From NCBI GenBank assembly GCA_030324005.1, contig JARDVH010000128.1, positions 31,519,565 through 31,583,564 on the forward strand: DNA of 64,000 nucleotides. Reading direction: 5' to 3'. Under the pieces are notes generated by a model. It was not told the origin of the DNA and did no database searches. It was given only the letters and a program-made list of their open reading frames with translations. The position numbers and the translations under genes are program-made. Positions 11,978 to 24,817 of this stretch are shown here, one piece after another; within the stretch, counting starts at the first letter, position 1; every line of letters begins with the position of its first letter. The stretch comes from Negaprion brevirostris. Its lineage: Eukaryota.

Positions 11978-13302
11978 CCCGTAGTACATTTATGAACAGA
12001 TACCAGTTCAGGAACTTTTTGATTTAATTCTTACTGGTTAGTGGATCTTCTCAGGATTCTGCATTCATTTATAATTATTGCACTTTTCATAAGGAATGAA
12101 TAGAAAAACATTCCTCGGATACGTTACAAAGTAGAATTTCCAGAATAATCAGCGGAGATGACATGGGAGACCCAGGAATAAGTGTGCACAGGAAGGATGC
12201 ATTTTATTCTTTAAAAAAAGTTAGTAGGCCTGCTACCTTTAAGACTTAAAAGAAAACTAATTGATTCAATTAAATAAATTTTATTTATGCAAATTCAAGA
12301 GAGAAATTGCAACTCAGAATAACTAAAAACTTCTAAGGACAAAGTGAAATGTTTAAAAATGAGCTTTATTAGAAGGGTCTGCATTGTCTACAAAGTGAAA
12401 TACTGTAAACTTGTCTTTTGATGCTTAACCCCAAAAATTAACAGTAAGAACCTGATCTTAAGATATTCCCAAGATTGCAGGCTTTAACCTGCTTCAAACG
12501 AGCAAACCAAAAAGATGAATTCCAAAACTCAATTTCAACCTATTCAAACCAACTTACATCTTATAAGTAAGAAGGCACCACCAACTAGCCATAAATGTTT
12601 GCACTGGCATGTGACCCATCCTTTTGCTATCTTTATTGATTGAGCTTGTTTGCCTCCTGTCTTGTTAAACCTGGCGTTTTCAGATTCAAAACATAATGTT
12701 TCATTTGTGAGTCAAAAAAGCACAAATTTTCTCACCGTCGATTTAATCCAAGGGGAAGTGACTGAGAATTATACGGCCTGGTTTTACAAATGTTTGCTCC
12801 TAACAATTTTATTTGCATTAAACTTGTGCTAATCCCTGGCCATAATGCCCCAATATGTTTCCAATGGGCAAGATTCCTCATTAAACACTGCATTCATGCA
12901 TTCAACCCTGTAGAGTGTTGACTGCCTTTTTTTTTGCATGGAGTAAGTTTTCTCTGAACATTGAGGAGCCCCCACATACTGGAAATGCAAGGACTCTTCA
13001 CAAAAAACAGTTTCAAAACAACATATTTCACAGGTTAAAGGCAGGCAACTTTTTCTTTGATATACCCAAATGATCCTAATACATACATTCACATATCTAC
13101 TCTATTTGACCAAAATTGTTGTCCTCCCATCAACATCCAGAATTCATGGGTCAGGGACATTGTTATCAGATGCTTAAACGTCCTCACACTCCATCCATAG
13201 AAGATCCTGTGTAGTCTGTATGATAGGACATGGCTAGCTACTGTTCACAACTACAAGGTCAAAAGACCATCAGCTATCTTTTACCACTGTGTAAGTTTTT
13301 GA

Positions 13303-13649
13303 AATGCATTCATGGGATATGGACATCACTGGCTGGCCAGCATTTATTGCCAATCCCTACTTGCCCTTGGAGGCCAGTTGAGAGTCAACCATATTGCTGT
13401 GGTTCTGGAGTCACATGTAGGCCAGACCGGGTAAGGACAGCAGATTTCCTTCCCAAAGAAAAGGGAACCAAAAGGATTTTTCTGACAATTGGCTCAAGGT
13501 CAATAGTAGATTCTTAATTCCAGTTTTTTTTTATTGAATTCAAATTCCACCATCTGCCATGGCAAGATTCGAACCCGCATCCCCAGGACATTATCTGAGC
13601 TTCTGGATTAATAATCTAGCGATTATACCGTTAGGCCATTGCTTCCCCA
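13303..13649 (-). mobile_element. tRNA-derived SINE sharing its tail with the LINE at 11215-11975
   Basis: Minus-strand head tggcctaacggtata...gggttcgaatc. Tail ggcaataaatgctggccagccagtgatgtccatatcccatgaatg is also seen at 29910-30055 (-), ~57590-57645 (+) and ~11925-11975 (+). Confidence 0.65.
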
Positions 13650-14041
13650 TCATTCAAGAATGATTTTTGGAAGAATGTAAAGGTAAAATCTTGAGCACTA
13701 GGAAATACATGTAGAATAGGTCATTCTATGATAGAATACACTATCAGGATCTCCCAATGTAATCATCTTCAGCTATTTTGTTTTACACTTAGCATTTGAA
13801 CCTGTAATTCATATGGACAATTAATGGACAGGCATTAAATCTTAAAGCACGTATGCACAAAATCTGAGGTGCAGCCCACCTCCATGTTAACTGCTCCACT
13901 TTGCTCATTGAATATCACATTAGATTCTTTCTGATCCTCACTTTCCAGTGAACTACTATTACTATACCTTCCCCTCCTATTCCCAGTTCTAGGTACCCAA
14001 TTGTCATGTTGATGAGAATTGGGAGAAATGCAAGACTAAAC

Positions 14042-14289
14042 TGTGATAACTCTCATGACGTCCATGAAGAATTACTATTATTCTTGCTGCGGGACCCATT
14101 GAGTATACATTCCCCTGGTAACAGGCCAGGAACTCATTACCTACACCTTTTATAAGGCAGGCCCCAGACTATGTTGACTGAACTTCAGTATCAGTCAGGG
14201 ACTAGTAAGTGTACACCACGGTAGTGGTTTCAATTTGCATTCTGCAATAAATTGTATACTCCTCCTGTCAGGCTTCCTGAGTCGTTACA
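14042..14289 (+). repeat. 5' LTR of the Gypsy element, followed by a primer-binding site
   Basis: TGTGATAAC...TCGTTACA termini, internal TATAAG and AATAAA, immediately followed by PBS-like TGGTGATGAGG (14291-14301). Shares blocks with 19954-20192. Confidence 0.8.
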
Positions 14290-16417
14290 TTGGTGATGAG
14301 GAACAAGAATTTTCTTTCAATGAACCCGGTAAAATCATGATAGGGAGATATTGAAAATTCCACTGTTTGGGAAACTGGAATCTTATGATGCAGATATGAA
14401 AGATTGGCCCCAGTACTCTGAAAAAAATTAAATATTTCTTCGCGGCAAATGGGATAGAAGGGACAACTGGCAAAAAGCCAACCTCCTGACTGCTTGTGGG
14501 GCTCCAATTTTCAGCATCATAAAACGTTTAACCTACCTGGCAGCCCCAGATTCAAAATCTTTTGACTAATTGATAAATGTGATATCAGACCATTATGATT
14601 CTAACCGTCTGAAATATTGCAAAACTACAGGTTTAACACAGCAAATAGACCGCCTGGGGAACCAATCACTGAATTATTAATGAGATTGTGAAAACTGGGG
14701 GAACACTGAGTACAGGTCACCACTTCCAGAGATGTTAAGGGATCATTTAGTATGTAGAATTAATAACATTGCGACCCAAAGGAAGATACTGAATTAACTC
14801 TGGACCTGAAGAAAGCCATAGAACTGGCTTTCCCATGAAAACGCAGAAAAGGGGGCTCAGGAGCTTCAGGGTACCATTCTCAGCCTTGGGCGACTCCCTT
14901 ACCAAGTCCCCAGGGGATAACACTCACGTCTTCCATTTGCTGTAAGAAAGGGCAATTGGAGTTGGAGGCCATGAGATTCCAGATCCAGTCGGGAATTCTC
15001 CCCATAATACAGTAAGGAGCGAACACATCCGCACTCCACTTGTCATCATAGCGTCTGCCCTAGACAAAGCTACCAAAATAGGCAAAATAAGTACCACCAA
15101 GGCCAAAGGGCATTTGTAAAGCCCTCAGAATAGGGCTTTACAAGTAGACCAACCTAAGAATGAGGAATTGATGCAGCTAAATTGTATTGCCTCACCCAAG
15201 GTGTCTCCAATCAAGACTAAAATCCATGTGAATGACCATCGCTGGACATGGAGGTAGACACACGAGCTGCTTTACCAAGTACTCAGAGTCGGTGCAGACT
15301 TAATGGGCTGAATGACCTTTTCTGTACTGTAGGAATTCCATTCCATTAATCTTGCCTCTAAGCCTGCACGTATCAAGGCTAGATTGGCCACATACACTGT
15401 GGAGCCCTTGCATATTGTTGGCACCACTGTAATCCCAGTTACACAGGGGCTACGGACAGTCCAAATCTCCCTACCAGTGGTGCAAGAACAGGGCCCAGCC
15501 TTTTGAGAAGTGACTGGCAACAGAAAATCTACCTGGATTGGCAACAGACCTTTAAAATGGCAATTTATACAATGCTTTTGGGAAGTATCCCAAAGTGTCC
15601 CAAGAAGCCTCAGGAAAATTAGAAGTGGTAGGGTCAAGATCCATGTGGACCCAGAGGCCGGACCGAAATACTTCAAAGCACAACCAGTTCCCTATGCCCT
15701 ACATACCAATGGCTGAATTGGAATATCCAAAAGAACTTGGCATTACATACTCAGTATAATTTGCTGAACGGGCTGCACCAGTAGTCCCAGTTTTAAAACC
15801 TGGCAATTCAGTCCATCTCTTTGGGGATTATAAATTGATGATCAACAGAGCCTCCCATTTAGACAAATACTCTTTGCCATGCATAGAATATTTGTATGTA
15901 AAAACTGGCTGGGGGTCATGTTTTCTATATTAGACATGAGCCATACCTACCTTCACCTGGAGCTTGAGGTGTCATCCAGATAGTATGTCGTCATAAATAC
16001 TCACAAAAGACTTTGAGTTTGCCCCTTGGAATGTCTTCATATTGCACCATTTATCAAAGGGTGATGGAGAATACCTTTCAAGGGGTGCCCAGAGTGGTAT
16101 TCTATCTGGATGACATTTTAATCTCAGCTACTACACAAGAACGTTTGGAGGAAGTCTGGTGACTTTTTTCTGATGCTGGCATCTGATTTAAAAAGGGAAA
16201 AATGTGTGCTCCAGGTCTGCACTGTAGGAATTCTAGCTTGTAGGTAACATATCTTGCATTCCACTGGCCATGTGCACGCATAGTCCCATCACTCAGCCAG
16301 CTGTGTGCAGGCACGGTTCTCAGACCCCGTCTTCATGCCAGCCATGCGCAAGCGCTGTCCCCAAGTTCCATCACCCCACCAGCTGTGCACAGGCACAATT
16401 CGCAGGCCGAGGGCAAG

Positions 16418-17208
16418 ATGGTGGCCAGGCAGCAGCAGGAGGAAGAGGAGGATGACTACATGTTGGACACTTTTATCAATTTATAGCAAGATTCCAAACC
16501 ATGGCTAGTGATGGTCAGAAGAGTGAAAAAAGAAATCCTGAGGAAAGATCATGCACTGGAAATAATCCTGGAAAACAAGCAGAAGAGCAAAAAGGAAGAA
16601 GAGAAGAAAAGACATGAGACCATGTTACAGAGCTCATTGGGAAGTGAAAAAAAGGGATTTGTGTTACTTCAGAAAATGGGGTATAAGGAAGATTGTGGTC
16701 TTGGAAAAAGTGGAAATGGAATGTCGAACCTATTCCACTACAGATCAAGGTGGGACATGGTGGAATTGGCCATGAGGCTGCTGACAAATGGGAAGCTGAT
16801 GAAATGACAACAGCGCAAATGAATGTCACAAGTGAAAAAACGAGCAGGGGAATTAGCCCTTAATAAATATAGACTGCAGGTCAGACAAAAAAAGGATCAA
16901 CGTCAGATTGAAGGAGATCCAAGGAACAGCCAGCTTACCTGTCAACAGCTAAACACACAGAAGGGTGCAGCTGTCCCACAAGAAACATAGTATATGTTGT
17001 CCACTCCTGTTAAAAATGATGGAACATAGGTGGAAGAAGAATCAAGCAAATGGGATTATAAAACAGTTGCCACAACTGAAGAAAAGCTGCTGAATTTGAC
17101 CGGCTATGCAGAAGCAAATTCTTCTACTGTGTCTGGTGTGTGATTTCTTACCAAGGCAAGGACTTCTCTGATAACTGTCCTGGGTATTTTGCTGCCAACC
17201 ACGGCTGA
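16418..17208 (+). pseudogene. GPATCH11: Intronless (processed-type) pseudogene of G-patch domain protein 11 (CCDC75)
   Basis: Colinear with the whole protein: N-term EEEEDDYMLDTFIN, G-patch LGSEKKGFVLLQKMGYKEDCGLGKSGNG/VEPIPLQIKVGHGGIGHE, EGDPRNSQLTCQQL, C-term FYCVWCVISYQGKDFSDNCPG...HG*. Contains in-frame stops and frameshifts and no introns. Confidence 0.9.
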
Positions 17209-17520
17209 CTGACCCAAGGGCAGTGCAGAACAGAGCCAGTCTGCTGTAACTGGAGCAGACCGAATGCAAACCAATTTGCAAAGTCCAGTTGGCAATTCGA
17301 AGCCAAATGCTGGTTGTGGCATAGTGCGTTATGGCTTGTATTCGGAAGATATCAGATGCCACTTCTACAGTGACCATGGCCATTTTTCATCTTTGCGAGC
17401 TTCTTGACTGACAGGCAACTGTTCACATAAAATATTCGCACTTCCATCACTTAATTTTGAAAGTATCTGTATATTCATTGAGCTGTATTAAGTGTGGCTT
17501 TGTTTACCTGAAAACAACTC

Positions 17521-17826
17521 ATGGCACAGTGGTTAGCACTGCTACCACACACCGCTGGGGACCCAGGTTCAATTCTGGCCTTGGGTCACTGTCTATGTGA
17601 AGTTTGCACTTTCTCCGTGTCTGCCTGGGTTCCCTAAGGGTATTCCAGTTTTCTCCCACAGTCCAAAGATGTGTGGGTTAGGTTGATTGACCATGCTAAA
17701 TTGACCATACTGTCAAGGGATTGACAGGGTAAATGCGTGGGTTGCGGGAATAGAGCCTGGGTGGGATTGTGGTTGGTGTAGATTCAATGGCCTGAATGGC
17801 CTCCTTCTGCACTGTAGGGATTCTAT
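17521..17826 (+). mobile_element. Full-length HE1-type tRNA-derived SINE
   Basis: A-box tggcacagtggttagcactgct, B-box ggttcaattc, central gaagtttgcac...cagtccaaagatgtg, CR1-like tail aatggcctccttctgcactgtagggattcta. Confidence 0.85.
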
Positions 17827-19953
17827 AGGTTACAGAGTTGACAAGGTTGGATTACACCTTGGTGAAAAGAAGGTGAAAGCCACAAAATGGGTTCTAACTG
17901 CAAGAATCACAACAGAGCCGAAGTCTTTCCTAGTCTCACAAATTAATATGGGAAATTCACACTGAATTTGGCTGGTACCCCTCCATATAGTTTTTTTAAA
18001 ACAAAATCAAAAATGGTTGTGGTAAATGCCACAAGCGAGTACCTTTGCAAATATCAAACAACAATTGCTATCAGCAAATATACTAGCCCATTATGGCCCC
18101 ACGACCACTTATTGTAACCTATGACGTCTTCCCCTCTGCGATTGGAGAGGTATTCATCTCACCATTGGGATGATGGCACAGAAGGTCCAATCATGTATGT
18201 AGGGTGAACCCTGGCAGATGCAGTGAAGTATGCCCAGATTGAAGAAGGAGGTTTGGCCATGACGTTTGCAATGATAAAGTTCCATTAGAATGTCTACAGT
18301 TGGCATTTCACCATAGTAACCGATCACAAACCTCTGTGGGCCACTTCAAGGAAGACAAAGTGATTCCTCCCATCACATCAGCCTGGATTCAGTTCTGGAT
18401 ACTGCTGTTAGGTGCCTATGCATATACTTTTGAAACCCATCCAGAGAGACATATAACCAACTTTGAGTTGCCTGCCACTATCCACTAGCCTACCTTCTCC
18501 TCCAAAGATGGATGAAGTTATCATGACTCTGAACTTCATGGACACTCTGCCAGTACCTGCCAAGCAAATCCAAGCATGGGTCCAAAGGGACCCTATGTTG
18601 GTGAAACTACATCACATCGTCCTAAGTGGTGGACCACAATGGCATCCTACGGAGGATTTGAAACCTTATCTCCTAAATATCAGGAGATGAGTATAGAAGA
18701 ATGCATCACCTTGTGGGAGCCCGAGTGATTGTCCTGCATCCAGGCCAGTGACCGATACTTGAAGGATTGCACAATGGTCATCCAAGAATTTCTAAAATGA
18801 AAATGCTCGCATGGAACTACGTCTGGTGGCCTGGCTTAGACAGTGATATCGAAAACCTAGTCAAGCGGTGCAAAACTTGGCTGGAAAACCAAAAGGCCCC
18901 ACCAGCAACCTCATAACATCCTTGGGAATGGCCAGGGAAACACTGAGTGCAAATACGTGCAGATGTTGCAGAGCCATTTACGGGCTCCATGTTTTTAATT
19001 CTCTTTGACACCTATTATAAAAGAAACGAAGTACACCGAATGGCCTGTACCATCTCTAACAATACCATAGCTAAACTCTGTTAATCGTTTAATACATGTG
19101 GTATACCCAAGGTCTTCATGACACATAACAGGACCCTGTTTACCAGCAGGGAGTTTCACATTTTCATGAGTACAAAGTAAGACACATCCGCACACCATCC
19201 CACCACCCGTCCTCAAATGGCCTAGCTGAGCGAGCAGTCCAGACATGCAAAAGTGGCATGAAGAAAAAAACCACAGGTTCTCTGGAAAAAAACTCAAGTT
19301 TCCTTCACAACTATAGGACTGTGCCACGTAAGAAGACAGGAATAGCCCTGGCAGAGCTGTTGATGAGCTGATGCTTCAGACTAGGGTTAGCATGGCGTTC
19401 CCAACATTGGATGGTAACTTTGAGCTAAAACAAGAAGCCCAGAAAAGGGGCCGTGACAATTGAGGCCAGTTAGAAACTTCAAACCAGGAGATACAGTCCA
19501 CGTGAGGAACTTCAACAACAGATCTCTGTGGATTCCAGGAGTTATTCTTGAGAAAACAGGACCAGTGTCTTATAAAGTAAAAACCAGGTAAAAGACCTTA
19601 AAAAAGCTCGTACATCACCTCCATTAGAGAGAATCCTCCGCAAAGGCAACTGTGCCTACGGACACACCACCGTCTGCGTACTTTACACCAGCCTGTGCAT
19701 GGGAAGCCCCACCCTCTAAAAACTCTGACTTGCACATGGAGACAGAGGTGATGGACACCCAGTCAAACGTTGCCACCAAGGATGAGCTCCCATGTAGTGG
19801 CTCTTTGATGCTCTTCATAGAAGAGGCATTCACCTATCCATTACGAGCCCCAAACAGACCATACAAGCAACGAAAATGAGGCCACTGACAAAGAGACAGA
19901 GAAGACTCTATCATCATGGGAAACCTTCGGACTCGGTGGGGGTGGGGGGAATA

Positions 19954-20192
19954 CGGTTTATAACCCCCCACAAGATCCATGGGGAATCACTGATTGATGT
20001 TTGTGTAGGGCTCGGTGAGTATGAGCTCCCTGGGTAGCAGGCAATGGTCAGCTGGAACTTCTTATCAAATGTCTTATAAGGCAGGCAGGACTGGGCCTGC
20101 TGAATTGTTGTGTGAACACCACAGTGGTGGTTTTACTTTGCGTCCTGTAATAAACTATGTTCCTTTTCAGTCGAGCTTTCTGAATCATTACA
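19954..20192 (+). repeat. 3' LTR of the Gypsy element, preceded by a polypurine tract
   Basis: G-rich PPT ggtgggggtggggggaa at ~19935-19951. Shares ttataaggcaggc, acaccac(g/a)gt(a/g)gtggttt, aataaa and terminal TTACA with the 5' LTR, but is strongly diverged. No clean TSD. Confidence 0.75.
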
Positions 20193-21996
20193 TTTCACAA
20201 AAATCAGTTCCGCATCAATTCAATCTGCACAGCAATGATAATGCACTGTCCCTCCCTTCAATAATGCCACTCGTGCAGTCCTTTATACGTGAATCACTTA
20301 AATGTAATTGATCAGAGTGGTCAGCTAATGGCCTGTGTTCTGACATATTTCATCATCGTTGATTCCATTTTACCACAACATTCCTTACAAATCGCCAAGG
20401 CCCATGTTGATTCACCGACACATTGTCTCATAACGTCTTCTCCCTTTCTACTTGCACTCAACACTTTTCTCCAATCATTTCAATGGATTTCTTTGTCCAA
20501 GAAGAGAAACTTTATTATCTTGAACTGAGTCAGGGCACTAATTACTTTGTTTTTTTTGTGGAGGTGGTGAGATTTCAAACTTGAAGCACCTTCTCAAATG
20601 TCACACAATAGGACATAGAGGGAAGCATAATGAGGATTAACTATCCGTTCTCAGATGGACAACTATGGAAGTGGCGTGGGCAAAATATAAAGGGATGCAT
20701 TGAAAAAGGGAATGAAGAACAAGCTGAAGCAACAAACCATCAAAGTAAAATTCACCTTAGCTGTGCTGTGCAGTGAGTCTATGTTTATGCATGCATTTCA
20801 CTTTTGAATTGGCTCAAGTACAGTCAAAAACTTTAGAAGGCCATCATTTAACCTGAATAACCATAAGATTACATCTCAAAGCTACAACGTCAAATTGTGT
20901 TATAGAGATATCAGCATAGAGTACTTGCATCATGCCAATGTTTCTGGAAAAATGTAACACAGAATGCATAACGTGCACAGATAGGACTCAGACACTTTGT
21001 ATCAGTTGATTAGCTGATCATGTTGAGCGGATCAAACAAAAGTTAATTGAAAGAAAAAAGTGAGTGGAAGAGAAATTGAGAAATAGCAACTAGCTGAATA
21101 ACCTGCAAGTTTGCCAGAGCCTATAACTCTAAATACCAAAGCTGGGACATGCATGAACCTATTTAAAGTTTGTACGGATTGTGAAAATGCATTTTAAGAT
21201 GTTGTAATAATAGTTCTTTCCTAATCTGTAATGATTTCAACGACCTACCACCACTTTTTATCCATATCTCTGCTGTACTCTGCACTTGTGATTTCTTAGC
21301 ACAAACAACTGAGAAAAACCTGAATGGTTCAGCATGGAACCAACTGTATTGGTCAGTAAGTTCCAGACAGCCTGAATGTTTTAAAGCATGCATGCCTTTT
21401 TCAGGGTCTGGGTATAGTTGCCCTCCAGATTAATGATTCAAAATGTGGGAGGCAAGCAAGTGAAGCTGGGTTACTTAGCTAACAAATGGGTTGTGCAAAG
21501 GTGGAAAATTGGTTTTAGACACAGCAAGCAATGATTCCTTGATCATTGTAACAAGGAATAACTAATGAGGGATAGGAGGAGAATGAGATAAAAAGGTACA
21601 AGAACAAAATGTTAGCAGCAGCAAGAGTTGAGTAACCATGCTCCAAACAGGGCAGCTGTGTTAACGAAGCTCTATTCTAAACATGCACTGAGAGACACTA
21701 ACCATTTGCTATACTGCAAATAAATTAACCCTCTGAGCCCTTTATAAACCTTCTAAACGGTGTGAAAAATGACCAGGTTGGTACATCTTTGTTCATAGAA
21801 CACTAAAAAATATCTTGTCCTTCATCTTTTGCAATATTCATAGTATAGATTTGATAAAAGTTTTTAATATCCTTTAAGGTATACAACAGATGCCTGGATG
21901 CTGAAAGCTCAGTTCTCAAAGGGTTAATGAACCATGGCTTCTTGGATAGATAAGACATAAGCTATTTCACCCATAAATAATGTACAAGCTCCTTGT

Positions 21997-22839
<843 letters not shown>

Positions 22840-23242
22840 CTATTTTATTCCATATTGGAAAAATCAGATTACTGTGACCTAGAATTGAATGAAGGGGATC
22901 AATTGCTCATACACCCAACTATTTTTAGTGAACTGAATTAAAATACACTCCTCCCTTTTCACATCATGTTCCAAATCTGTTCATGTCATGTGCCTTCTGA
23001 TCACATCTAACCTTAGGTTCCATATCAAGCCTCTTATTCTTGCAGCTGGGACTTAATGTGCTTTCCTTACTCCACACCTCTGCCCTACTTCCTACCTGTG
23101 TACCTGTTGGGCTGAGCTCCAGCACTTAATTGCTGTTGTTTTTCCTCTCAGTGCAATACATTAGAATTATCTCCAACACAAGGGCACTACATTGATACCA
23201 GACTTTTGTTGTATAAGCTTTTTTAAAGTAAACGTGGCAACT

Positions 23243-23905
23243 GAAAGTGGCAACGCAGGTGGAGAAGGTAGTCAAGAAGACATATGGCATGCTTGCCTTC
23301 ATCGGCCAGGGCATTGAGCTTAAAAACTGGCAAGTCATGTTGCAGCTTTATAGAATCTTAGTTAAGCCACACACGGAATATAGTGTTCAGTTCTGATTGC
23401 CACACTACCAGAAGGACGTGGAGGCTTTGGAGAGGGTACAGAAAAGATTTACTAGGATGTTGCGTGGTATGGAGTGCAATAGCTATGAGGAGAGGTTGGA
23501 GAAACTTGGTTTGTTTGCACGGGAACAACAGAGGTTGAGGGGCGACCTGATAGAAGTGTACAAGATTATGAGGGGCATGGACAGAGTGGACAGTTAGGAG
23601 CTTTTTCCCAGGGTGGAAGAATCAATTACTAGGGAGTACAGGTTTAAGGGCCAGTGGCAAGGTTTAAAGGAGATGTACAAGGCAAGTTTTTATTTACACA
23701 GAGGGTGGTGAATGCCTGGAATTTGCTGCCGGGGAGATAGTGGAAGCAGATACGATCGTGACATTTAAGGGGTATCTTGACAAATGCCTGAATAGAACGG
23801 GAATAGAGGGATACGGTCCCCAGAAGGGTAGAGGGTTTTGGTTCAGTGCAGCAGGCTTGGGGGGACCGAAGGGATGTTCTTGTGCTGTAATTTTCTTTTG
23901 TTTTA
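23243..23905 (+). mobile_element. CR1 LINE 3' end in the last SRL intron
   Basis: PHYQKDVEALERVQKRFTRMLRGM...LRGDLIEVYKIMRG, followed by the tail. Confidence 0.9.
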
Positions 23906-24493
23906 TTTTCAAGTTAGTAAACACCCAAAGTAGACTTTCTAACAAAGTTAAAATATCTGAATGGTATTCTTGCAGTTTTACATTTTAAGTCCATGTGTTT
24001 TTATCTCGAATATATTGTGATCGTTATTGTCCTGATTAATAATCTGGGCACTTCCCTCTAAATCATTAACTCACCTACTGGAAACACATGGGGGTCTCTA
24101 CGAGTTCCTAACCTGCGCTTCATTTTAACTGTAGTTATTTTGTTGTGAGACTTCTTACTTCATTTTGACTGCCAGCCCTCACTAAAAGTCCCCCAGTGTG
24201 GAATCAGCCCTACTGTATAGCCAATATAACTTATCTGGTCCTTGTACGTCTTTATCACCATGGGTAGGGGAATCTAAAAGTTTTCTTGCTGTCATTTTTC
24301 CATCTCAACCTGCATCATCGCGGTTTTCCGTTCATTACTGTCCTACTCAGTAACGCTGTTACTTTTAAATGTCATGTCCGCATCCCGTTCCCTAGGTCTG
24401 AGGTAGAGATGGTTATAGTTCCCCAATTATATATTGTCTCACCTCACCCAATTGAATCTTCGGAGCTCTTATTAGCCGACTTTCTGCTATTTA

Positions 24494-24817
<324 letters not shown>

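Larger units (their letters stand above)
14042..20192 (+). mobile_element. Decayed full-length Ty3/Gypsy LTR retrotransposon (LTR-PBS-gag-PR-RT-RH-IN-PPT-LTR)
   Basis: Gag-like PLFGKLESYDADMKDWPQYSEKIKYFFAANGIEG (~14360); protease MEVDT(R)AA (~15248); RT YLDDIL (~16102); integrase Zn finger GHPRISKMKMLAWNYVWWPGLDSDIENLVKRC (~18776-18870); GPVSYKV (~19559). Many stops and frameshifts. Integrase after RNase H is Gypsy order. Confidence 0.92.

Noticed and set aside
16508-16807. G-patch ORF as a functional gene or a native retrotransposon G-patch domain
   Set aside because: It is part of a full-length GPATCH11 copy with stops and frameshifts that interrupts RT mid-domain, not a G-patch located between protease and RT.
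17521-17590. tRNA-like A/B boxes as tRNA genes
   Set aside because: They are SINE heads continuous with SINE body and tail (also at 9093, 13580-13649, 26660 and 63311).
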